Assembly (NCBI RefSeq): GCF_022846255.1
Contig: NZ_AP025682.1
DNA from: Escherichia coli
Lineage (GTDB): Bacteria; Pseudomonadota; Gammaproteobacteria; Enterobacterales; Enterobacteriaceae
Length of the DNA stretch: 64,000 nucleotides
Direction: 5' to 3' (one strand)
Numbering within the stretch: the first letter of the stretch is position 1; every line of letters starts with the position of its first letter. Below the pieces are notes generated by a model. That model saw only the letters and a list, made by a program, of their open reading frames with translations. It was not told where the DNA came from and ran no database searches. Position numbers and translations under genes: made by a program. Below, piece by piece: positions 56,365-64,000 of the stretch.

Positions 56365-57187
56365 CTTTGAGTTCCTTCAGTGCCTGTTCAATTTCATCGC
56401 CTTTCGGCACCCGGTGATGCCATTCCGCACGCCCTTGTATAAAGGAAATGCCTGCCCCTTTAGTGGTGTGGGCAATCACCACATTCGGTTTGCCTTCCTG
56501 TTTAAGCCCTTCAAGCGTCGCGACAACCGAAGCCATATCATTGCCCTGACATTCGGTAACCTGCATACCGAATGCCAGCCATTTCTCTGCCAGAGGATCG
56601 GTGTTCATGATTTCGCGCGTTGGCCCGGCTAATTGCAGATTATTTTTGTCATTAATAATGACCAGGTTATCAAGCCCGTAATGCGCCGCCGCCAGTGCAG
56701 CTTCCCAGTTACTGCCCTCAGCCAGCTCACCATCGCCAGTAATTAAGAAGATACGACGACGGCTTTGACTTTTTTTCGCCGCCAGCGCAAGTCCTACAGC
56801 CACAGGGAAACCATGTCCCAGTGCTCCGGTATTCAGTTCAATACCTGGCGTTTTTTGCCGAACCGGATGGCCGGGTAAGTGTGAATTTGGCTGCTGATAA
56901 GTGGAAAGCCATTCCAGTGGGAAGAATCCTGCTTCCGCCAGCACGCAGTAGTAACATCCAACAGCATGGCCTTTTGACTGAATGTATATATCCCGGTCAT
57001 CGTCGTGAAGGCGATCCGGGGCGACATTGAGAATACGAAAATAGAGTGCGGTCAGTAATTCAACCTGAGAGAGATCGGCCCCAGTGTGTCCACCTGCCGG
57101 GCTATTGGCATTTAAGCGCACGATATGGCAGCGTACCGCCCGCGCTTTACGCTCAAGGGTCTGGATATCATAGCTATAGGGATTCAT
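56357..57187 (-). CDS. Transketolase N-terminal subunit (thiamine diphosphate-binding) of a split transketolase
   Basis: 276 aa; TPP-binding region (GHTGADLS... GDGELAEGSNWEA); SD agagg before ATG. Confidence 0.8.
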   Translation of the reverse strand: MNPYSYDIQTLERKARAVRCHIVRLNANSPAGGHTGADLSQVELLTALYFRILNVAPDRLHDDDRDIYIQSKGHAVGCYYCVLAEAGFFPLEWLSTYQQPNSHLPGHPVRQKTPGIELNTGALGHGFPVAVGLALAAKKSQSRRRIFLITGDGELAEGSNWEAALAAAHYGLDNLVIINDKNNLQLAGPTREIMNTDPLAEKWLAFGMQVTECQGNDMASVVATLEGLKQEGKPNVVIAHTTKGAGISFIQGRAEWHHRVPKGDEIEQALKELKDA

Positions 57188-57216
57188 TTAATACCTCTGA
57201 ATTTATTTTCAACATG

Positions 57217-57228
57217 GAATATTTATTC
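57217..57228. promoter_or_regulatory. Imperfect copy (GAATATTTATTC) of the island palindrome, 30 bp upstream of the transketolase start
   Basis: Near-palindromic 12-mer related to GAATATATATTC. Confidence 0.35.
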
Positions 57229-57366
57229 CACCGGGGACTAAAAAAACCAGAAATCCCAGGGCGTTGCGCGGCAAGACTTACGCTGCTGCATCATACTCAG
57301 GAACATTCTGCCTCCTTACACCGTCAGTTACGTGTCCGGGTAATCATCAGTTGACCTGATATCATC

Positions 57367-57382
57367 TTGAATATATATTCAA
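57367..57382. promoter_or_regulatory. Perfect 16-bp palindrome TTGAATATATATTCAA in the divergent transketolase / regulator promoter region; candidate operator
   Basis: Self-complementary 16-mer; core GAATATATATTC recurs at 58729-58740. Confidence 0.5.
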
Positions 57383-57549
57383 TAATGATTCTTTATTCAA
57401 TTATGCCGCCTGTTTTTTATTTTTGTCCATCGCTGATTTTAAGGATTGGTTAAAGTTAGAACTCCATCACACTTAACTGTCTTCTTTTTTCGCGTATGAT
57501 AAAAGCCTCTAAGATAAGGGCGGTACGTTAATGATTTACGGGGAAATAT

Positions 57550-58500
57550 ATGGCTAAGCAGGATGAACAGCGGCTACTGGTGAAGATCGCCACTCTTTAC
57601 TATCTTGAGGGGCGAAAACAGTCTGACATCGCCCAACTTCTCTCGCTTTCTCAGTCATTTATCTCCAGAGCGCTAACCCGTTGCCAGAAAGAAGGCGTGG
57701 TTAAAATCAGCGTTGTCCAGCCGTCAAATATCTTTCTCAATCTGGAAAAAGGCATTGAAGAGCGTTACGGCATTAAACAAGCGATTGTTGTCGATACCGA
57801 AGATGATGCCACTGACCATACCATTAAACGTGCTATCGGCTCTGCCGCCGCGCACTATCTGGAAACGCGTTTAAGACCAAAAGATTTCATTGGCGTCTCT
57901 TCCTGGAGTTCTACGATTCGCGCGATGGTCGATGAAGTTCACGCCCAAAACTTAAAAGCCAGCGGCGTTATTCAGCTGCTGGGCGGCGTGGGGCCAAACG
58001 GCAATGTGCAGGCAACTATTTTGACACAGACCCTGGCCCAGCATCTGAATTGCGAAGCCTGGTTGCTTCCTTCTCAAAGCATTGAAGGTTCGGTAGAAGA
58101 GAAAAAACGCCTGGTGGCAAGCCAGGATGTGGCTGACGTTATCGCCAGATTTGACGACGTCGATATCGCCATTGTCGGCATCGGTATCCTTGAACCCTCG
58201 CAGTTGCTAAAAACCTCGGGCAACTATTATCACGAGGATATGTTACAGGTACTGGCGGATCGCGGTGCTGTGGGCGATATCTGCCTGCACTACTACGATA
58301 AACATGGTCAGCCCGTGTTGCAGGACGATGAAGATCCAGTGATTGGTATGGCACTGGATAAAATCAAAAAATGCCCGAATGTGGTGGCACTGGCGGGCGG
58401 CAAAGACAAAGTTGCCGCCATCAAAGGCGCCATGCAGGGTGGTTATATTGATGTTTTGATCACTGATTTCCCCACCGCCAGAATGCTGATTGCGGATTAA
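57550..58500 (+). CDS. SorC/DeoR-family sugar-phosphate-responsive transcriptional regulator
   Basis: 316 aa; N-terminal HTH (QSDIAQLLSLSQSFISRAL) plus C-terminal sugar-phosphate-binding domain typical of SorC/LsrR-type regulators. Confidence 0.8.
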   Translation: MAKQDEQRLLVKIATLYYLEGRKQSDIAQLLSLSQSFISRALTRCQKEGVVKISVVQPSNIFLNLEKGIEERYGIKQAIVVDTEDDATDHTIKRAIGSAAAHYLETRLRPKDFIGVSSWSSTIRAMVDEVHAQNLKASGVIQLLGGVGPNGNVQATILTQTLAQHLNCEAWLLPSQSIEGSVEEKKRLVASQDVADVIARFDDVDIAIVGIGILEPSQLLKTSGNYYHEDMLQVLADRGAVGDICLHYYDKHGQPVLQDDEDPVIGMALDKIKKCPNVVALAGGKDKVAAIKGAMQGGYIDVLITDFPTARMLIAD

Positions 58501-58525
58501 TCCTCTCCTCCCTTTCTTCTGCCCG

Positions 58526-58553
58526 CCTTTGCGAAAAAATCTTCTCGCAAAGG
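58526..58553 (+). terminator. Stem-loop after the regulator gene (cctttgcga / tcgcaaagg)
   Basis: 9-bp inverted repeat with 10-nt loop; no clear T-tract. Confidence 0.35.
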
Positions 58554-58646
58554 CGCTTGCTTAAAAATCCTTTAATATCAATAAACTGAAATGATTCAAC
58601 AATCCTGTTTCTCGAGGCTTTCTCACCCTGTCACCACGCTTCTAAG

Positions 58647-58662
58647 TGTGATAGCCAGCACA
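58647..58662. promoter_or_regulatory. CRP-like site TGTGA-N6-GCACA upstream of the kinase/transporter operon
   Basis: tgtgatagccagcaca matches 9/10 of the consensus half-site positions; about 190 bp upstream of the kinase ATG. Confidence 0.45.
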
Positions 58663-58728
58663 TTTGATGATTTTTTCTCTAGCTCAGGAAGAATAATCTG
58701 GCTAAGGTATAAATAAATAATCAGCATC

Positions 58729-58740
58729 GAATATATATTC
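58729..58740. promoter_or_regulatory. Second copy of palindromic core GAATATATATTC, about 110 bp upstream of the kinase gene; candidate operator
   Basis: Exact repeat of the 12-bp palindromic core found at 57369-57380. Confidence 0.5.
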
Positions 58741-58850
58741 ACGCCTTAACACAAAATGTCACAGCAGGGCCTGATGAAGTAATAACGTGACCATGAGGAA
58801 CGCCTCATCTCCTTCCACGCCAGGATGCAATGTGACTCAGGAGACTACCT

Positions 58851-60371
58851 ATGTTTGCAGGAAATAAAGAGTTCGTTGTTGCGTTGGATGAGGGTACCAC
58901 CAATGTAAAAGCCATCGCACTTGATGGTTTCGGTAACGTGGTGGCGAAGTTTTCTCAACCACTGGCTATTCAGACGCCACGTGAAGGCTGGGTTGAGCAA
59001 TCCGGGGAAGCGTTAATCTCTGCCTCGCTTGATGTTATTGCCCAGGCCATCAACCACGTGGGGGCAGAAAATGTAGCGGCTCTGGCTATCAGTAATCAGC
59101 GTGAAACGGCTATCGGCTGGTATCGTCAGAGTGGAAAACCACTCAATGCGGCGATTACCTGGCAATGCACGCGCAGTGCAGAGTTTTGTGAAACACTTCG
59201 TCGCGAGGGCAAAGAGCAGCAAATTAAAACGACTACAGGCCTGCCTATCGCCCCGCTATTTTCCGCGTCCAAGATGCGTTGGCTACTGGAATCTACACCT
59301 GAGGGTGTGCAACTTGCCGACCAGGGTGAAATTTGTCTCGGCACCATTGATGCCTGGTTGCTATGGAACTTGACTGCTGGCGATTCATTTTGCTGCGACT
59401 ACTCTAACGCCGCGCGAACTCAATTACTTAACCTGAAAACAGGCGAGTGGGATGAGGAAATGCTGGCGTTGTTTCACATCCCACGCGCTGCATTGCCAGA
59501 AATTAAACCTTCCAGTGGCCTGTTCGGTTATACCCGAGGACTTAAAACAATTCCGGATGGTATTCCCGTCATGGCGATGGTGGGCGATTCTCACGCCGCT
59601 CTTTTTGGTCATGCGTTGGGAGAAGCGGGATGTGTGAAGGCGACCTATGGGACCGGTTCTTCCGTCATGGCCCCCGTCAACTCTGCTCAGTGTGATATCG
59701 CCACACTTGCCACAACCATTGCCTGGCATGATGGCGAAAATATTATTTACGGTCTGGAAGGAAATATCCCCCACACCGGCGATGCCGTGGCATGGATGGC
59801 TGACAGCACCGGTTTAAGTGAACTGACAGACGCGGAGCTGGCCCACGAACTGAATACCCTGCCAGCCTCAGTGGATTCGACTATGGGTGTTTATTTTGTT
59901 CCTGCTCTCACTGGCCTGGGCGCGCCATGGTGGGATGACAGCGCTCGCGGCGTGGTGTGTGGCTTAAGCCGTGGCGTAAAGCGCGCGCATTTGATTCGTG
60001 CCGCAATGGAATCAATCACTTATCAAATTGCAGATGTAGTGGAGGCAATGCAACAGCATGATGATTTTCACTTATCGGCGTTAATGGTGGATGGCGGCCC
60101 GACCAAAAATGACTGGTTGATGCAATATCAGGCGGATCTGCTGGGTTGCCCGGTGATGCGCAGTGATGTGCCAGAGCTTTCAGCCATTGGTGCGGGCCTG
60201 CTCGCCCGCAAAGCGCTTATCCCCGGTACCGTTGCAGATTTAAAAGCGTTATTAACTGAACACAGTGAATTTAAACCGGACATGGCGCGTCATCAGCGAC
60301 TGCAAAAGAGATGGCAGGAGTGGCGTCATGCGGTAAACAGAACATTATGGAAACCGGCATCGTCAATTTGA
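58851..60371 (+). CDS. FGGY-family carbohydrate kinase (xylulokinase / AI-2 kinase-like)
   Basis: 506 aa; FGGY N- and C-domain character; SD aggag before ATG. Confidence 0.8.
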   Translation: MFAGNKEFVVALDEGTTNVKAIALDGFGNVVAKFSQPLAIQTPREGWVEQSGEALISASLDVIAQAINHVGAENVAALAISNQRETAIGWYRQSGKPLNAAITWQCTRSAEFCETLRREGKEQQIKTTTGLPIAPLFSASKMRWLLESTPEGVQLADQGEICLGTIDAWLLWNLTAGDSFCCDYSNAARTQLLNLKTGEWDEEMLALFHIPRAALPEIKPSSGLFGYTRGLKTIPDGIPVMAMVGDSHAALFGHALGEAGCVKATYGTGSSVMAPVNSAQCDIATLATTIAWHDGENIIYGLEGNIPHTGDAVAWMADSTGLSELTDAELAHELNTLPASVDSTMGVYFVPALTGLGAPWWDDSARGVVCGLSRGVKRAHLIRAAMESITYQIADVVEAMQQHDDFHLSALMVDGGPTKNDWLMQYQADLLGCPVMRSDVPELSAIGAGLLARKALIPGTVADLKALLTEHSEFKPDMARHQRLQKRWQEWRHAVNRTLWKPASSI

Positions 60372-60474
60372 CGAACAAGACTAACCAACGGAAGGAGAAT
60401 ACCGGCCCATAAATAATTCAGGCTTTACGTTGTTTCACCGTACCCGACAATAACAACACAGAGAGAACATTGTC

Positions 60475-61410
60475 ATGAAATTACGTTTAACACTGTTAAC
60501 CGCTGCGACCCTGACTGCTCTTTCTTTTTCTGCTCATGCGGTAGAAAAAGGAACCATTATGATTATGGTCAATTCACTGGATAATCCTTATTACGCCTCG
60601 GAAGCGAAAGGTGCCAGTGAAAAAGCCCAGCAACTGGGATATAAAACGACCATTCTTTCTCATGGTGAAGATGTCAAAAAACAGAATGAACTGATCGATA
60701 CTGCAATTGGTAAAAAAGTTCAGGGCATTATTTTAGATAATGCCGACTCCACTGCCAGTGTTGCAGCCATTGAAAAAGCAAAAAAAGCAGGTATTCCCGT
60801 TATATTAATTAATCGCGAAATACCTGTGGATGATGTTGCACTGGTGCAAATTACCCATAATAACTTCCAGGCTGGCTCGGAAGTTGCCAACGTATTTGTC
60901 GAGAAAATGGGAGAGAAAGGAAAATATGCCGAACTCACCTGTAATCTTGCTGATAATAATTGCGTAACTCGCTCGAAATCTTTCCATCAGGTCATTGACC
61001 AGTTCCCTGAAATGGTCAGCGTGGCGAAGCAAGATGCCAAAGGCACGTTAATTGATGGCAAACGGATAATGGACAGTATTCTGCAAGCCCATCCCGATGT
61101 AAAAGGGGTGATTTGTGGTAATGGTCCGGTTGCACTGGGAGCTATCGCAGCACTGAAAGCAGCCAATCGCAATGACGTTATTGTTGTCGGCATTGATGGC
61201 AGTAACGATGAGCGCGATGCCGTGAAAGCCGAATCATTGCAGGCTACCGTGATGTTACAAGCGCAAGCCATTGCCGCGCAGGGGGTTACCGATTTGGATA
61301 ATTACCTGCAAAAAGGAGTTAAACCAGCCAAACAGCGGGTGATGTTCCGCGGCATTCTGATAACCAAAGATAACGCAGATAAAGTCCAGGATTTCAATAT
61401 CAAATCCTGA
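60475..61410 (+). CDS. Periplasmic sugar-binding protein of an ABC transporter (RbsB/LsrB-like)
   Basis: 311 aa; signal peptide ending SAHA; periplasmic binding protein type I fold features. Confidence 0.8.
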   Translation: MKLRLTLLTAATLTALSFSAHAVEKGTIMIMVNSLDNPYYASEAKGASEKAQQLGYKTTILSHGEDVKKQNELIDTAIGKKVQGIILDNADSTASVAAIEKAKKAGIPVILINREIPVDDVALVQITHNNFQAGSEVANVFVEKMGEKGKYAELTCNLADNNCVTRSKSFHQVIDQFPEMVSVAKQDAKGTLIDGKRIMDSILQAHPDVKGVICGNGPVALGAIAALKAANRNDVIVVGIDGSNDERDAVKAESLQATVMLQAQAIAAQGVTDLDNYLQKGVKPAKQRVMFRGILITKDNADKVQDFNIKS

Positions 61411-61456
61411 TCCCAGGTCGTTGCGCCCTCACAATGAGGGCGCAGAGGAGAATATT

Positions 61457-62077
61457 ATGGATAAAAAAGTCTGGCTGGCGCTGGCAATTCTGAGCCTGGG
61501 TGGATGTCGCATCGTCTCGCAGCAGGAACTTGCCGATCTCAAATCCCCGCCTAATCCTCATATGGCAAATATCGATCAGACCTGGCAGAAAAATATCGTG
61601 CCGCAGGTGGTAGAAAATGCACGTCCGGTTGCGGAGTTAATGGCGGCGCTACAGGCAGAAAAAGATGTCGATGCTGCCTGTAAAACGCTGGGCTATCGTT
61701 CTCAGGAAGAAAACCCGTGTATTTTCTACGTTAAGGTCGAAGGTGGCATCACCAATATTGATGCGAAATCCCGTAGCGGAAAAATGACCATCACAGATAT
61801 CAGCGGCACAAATATTGTCGTGCAGACGGGGCCAACTCTTCGCGGCACGCTTCTGCGAGATGCATATAAAGGTGCAAGCTATGAGCATTTTAACGATCAG
61901 GTTTTATTTGGTGAATATGGTCGTGCTATCAATGAGCAAGCCATCAATATGATTCAGTCGGCAAAGCTTAAAACCGGGGAAACGGTTCAGGTTTATGGCG
62001 TATTTTCTGCATGGGATATTCCGCAAACTATCCCGGATATAACGCCTGCGAAAATAGCCAGGGCGGGAGGCGAGTAA
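61457..62077 (+). CDS. Putative lipoprotein of unknown function embedded in the ABC transporter operon
   Basis: 206 aa from MDKKVWLALAILSLGGC (lipobox LGGC); AGGAG SD before this ATG; the ORF track entry starts 12 codons upstream. Confidence 0.55.
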   Translation: MDKKVWLALAILSLGGCRIVSQQELADLKSPPNPHMANIDQTWQKNIVPQVVENARPVAELMAALQAEKDVDAACKTLGYRSQEENPCIFYVKVEGGITNIDAKSRSGKMTITDISGTNIVVQTGPTLRGTLLRDAYKGASYEHFNDQVLFGEYGRAINEQAINMIQSAKLKTGETVQVYGVFSAWDIPQTIPDITPAKIARAGGE

Positions 62078-62078
62078 T

Positions 62079-63623
62079 ATGTTGCCGCAAGAAATTGACA
62101 CCCCCCAGACTGATGAATCACCTGTAATCATAGAAACGCATGACTTATCGCGTATTTATCCGGGTGTGGTGGCGTTAGATAACGTGAATTACCGTGTCTA
62201 TCGCAATAGAGTGAATGTGCTTATTGGTGAAAACGGTGCGGGTAAATCCACAATGATGAAAATGCTGGCGGGGGTTGAAACACCTTCCTCAGGCAAGATC
62301 ATTCTTGATGGTAAAGAAGTTACCCTAAATTCTACCCATCAGGCCGAAAAACATGGAATTAGTATCATTTTTCAGGAACTGAATTTATTCCCGAATATGA
62401 ATGTCATAGATAACATTTTCATGGCGAATGAATTTTTTCAGAAAGGGAAGATTAACGAAAAATATCAGTATGAATTAGCCAAATCTTTATTAGAGAGACT
62501 GGAGTTGGACGTTGATCCCTATACCCAACTGGGAGAACTTGGTATTGGTCATCAGCAACTGGTGGAGATTGCCCGTGCCCTTTCTAAAGATACCCGGGTA
62601 CTGATTATGGATGAACCGACCTCGGCCCTCAGCCAGTCGGAAGTCAAAGTACTTTTCAATGTGATCGCACAACTGAAGCGCCGTGGTGTCACCATCATTT
62701 ATATCTCCCACCGTCTGGAAGAGTTGATGGAGATTGGCGATTTCATCACCATTTTCCGTGATGGTCGCTTTATTAGTGAACGCGCAGTGAGCGATGCCAG
62801 TATTCCGTGGATCATCGCACAAATGGTCGGTGATAAGAAAAAACATTTTGATTATCAACCAGCTACACAAGGTGACACTGTACTGGCGGTACTGGGGTTA
62901 ACGGCGCTGCATCCCAGCGGTGGTTACAAACTCAATGATGTGACATTCAACCTGCGTAAAGGCGAAGTTATCGGCATTTACGGCTTGCTGGGCGCAGGAC
63001 GTACTGAGCTATTTAAAGGACTGGTGGGCCTGATGCCCTGTCAGAGTGGGAAGATCCTGCTTAATGGTGAAACCATCGACAAATGCCATTTCCAGGCGCG
63101 GCTCAAAAAGGGGCTGGCGTTGGTGCCAGAAGATCGCCAGGGCGAAGGCGTCGTTCAGATGATGTCGATTCAGTCCAATATGACGCTATCCGATTTCAGC
63201 CTGCAAGGTTTTCGCCGTGCCTGGAAATGGCTGAATCCGCAAAAAGAGAGCGCCAGTGTGAAAGAGATGATCCAGCAACTGGCGATCAAAGTCAGTGATG
63301 CCGAACTCCCTATTACCTCACTCAGCGGCGGTAACCAGCAAAAAGTGGTACTTGGCAAAGCGTTGATGACCCAGCCACAGGTGGTGTTTCTTGATGAACC
63401 CACACGCGGCATTGATGTTGGCGCAAAAACCGACGTCTATCAGCTGGTGGGAAAAATGGCACAACAGGGGCTGGCAGTCATGTTCTCTTCTTCAGAACTC
63501 GATGAAGTCATGGCACTGGCAGATCGCATTCTGGTGATGGCTGATGGCCGTATTACCGCTGATCTACCCCGGGGCGAAGTCACCCGAGAGAAACTGATCG
63601 CGGCTTCAACACCTCAAGATTAA
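62079..63623 (+). CDS. Sugar ABC transporter ATP-binding protein with duplicated ABC domains (RbsA-like)
   Basis: 514 aa; Walker A GENGAGKST in first domain, signature LSGGNQQK in second domain. Confidence 0.85.
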   Translation: MLPQEIDTPQTDESPVIIETHDLSRIYPGVVALDNVNYRVYRNRVNVLIGENGAGKSTMMKMLAGVETPSSGKIILDGKEVTLNSTHQAEKHGISIIFQELNLFPNMNVIDNIFMANEFFQKGKINEKYQYELAKSLLERLELDVDPYTQLGELGIGHQQLVEIARALSKDTRVLIMDEPTSALSQSEVKVLFNVIAQLKRRGVTIIYISHRLEELMEIGDFITIFRDGRFISERAVSDASIPWIIAQMVGDKKKHFDYQPATQGDTVLAVLGLTALHPSGGYKLNDVTFNLRKGEVIGIYGLLGAGRTELFKGLVGLMPCQSGKILLNGETIDKCHFQARLKKGLALVPEDRQGEGVVQMMSIQSNMTLSDFSLQGFRRAWKWLNPQKESASVKEMIQQLAIKVSDAELPITSLSGGNQQKVVLGKALMTQPQVVFLDEPTRGIDVGAKTDVYQLVGKMAQQGLAVMFSSSELDEVMALADRILVMADGRITADLPRGEVTREKLIAASTPQD

Positions 63624-63640
63624 TCAGGCTGGAATTTCTT

Positions 63641-64000
63641 ATGAATCAGAAATATATGATCTATATGTACCTGTTGAAAGCCAGAACGTTTATCGCTCTG
63701 CTGTTAGTGATCGCCTTCTTTAGCGTGATGGTGCCTAACTTCCTGACGGCCTCTAACCTGCTGATTATGACTCAACACGTTGCGATTACCGGGCTGCTGG
63801 CAATCGGAATGACGCTGGTGATCCTGACAGGCGGCATCGATCTTTCCGTCGGCGCGGTAGCGGGGATCTGCGGAATGGTTGCCGGGGCTCTGCTAACAAA
63901 CGGCCTGCCATTGTGGAGCGGCGATATTATTTTCTTCAACGTACCGGAAGTGATCCTCTGCGTGGCGGTATTTGGCATTTTAGTGGGACTGGTGAATGGT
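63641..64000 (+). CDS. Sugar ABC transporter permease (RbsC/AraH-like), N-terminal part; 3' end outside the window
   Basis: Open frame from ATG 63641 to the window end (120 codons, no stop); hydrophobic helices and a GGIDLSVG motif; absent from the ORF track because no stop is reached. Confidence 0.75.
   Translation, partial: MNQKYMIYMYLLKARTFIALLLVIAFFSVMVPNFLTASNLLIMTQHVAITGLLAIGMTLVILTGGIDLSVGAVAGICGMVAGALLTNGLPLWSGDIIFFNVPEVILCVAVFGILVGLVNG

Noticed and set aside
55428-57549. hokE/sokE toxin-antitoxin or IS186-like sequence expected next to entD from the K-12 layout
   Set aside because: No Hok-like small ORF, no IS186 terminal repeats and no transposase-like ORF are visible; the region is instead occupied by the transketolase genes.

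Overview
This window is an Escherichia coli-type core chromosome segment running from the 3' end of mrdA to entD, followed by an accessory sugar-utilisation island that is cut by the window end. The core part reads mrdB-rlpA-dacA-ybeD-lipB-(ybeF remnant)-lipA, tatE, ybeM, crcB, cspE, pagP, dcuC, dpiAB, citCDEFXG-citT, rna, rnk, uspG, ahpCF, dsbG, ybdO-ybdN-ybdM, ybdL, ybdH, cstA-ybdD, then the complete enterobactin locus (entCEBAH, fepB, entS, fepDGC, fepE, entF, ybdZ, fes, fepA, entD). Nearly all ORFs are intact and compactly packed; I found no rRNA, tRNA, CRISPR array or transposase. Gene identities come from reading the translations and from remembered synteny, not from a database search. 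The most interesting part is 55.4-64.0 kb: a split transketolase diverging from a SorC-type regulator, FGGY kinase and sugar ABC transporter, with a repeated palindrome GAATATATATTC in its promoter regions; I propose it as a candidate ketose catabolic module of unknown substrate. Other departures from the K-12 layout as I remember it are a decayed ybeF, no ybdR between rnk and uspG, a 29-codon hydrophobic ORF in that gap, and an intact ybeM.
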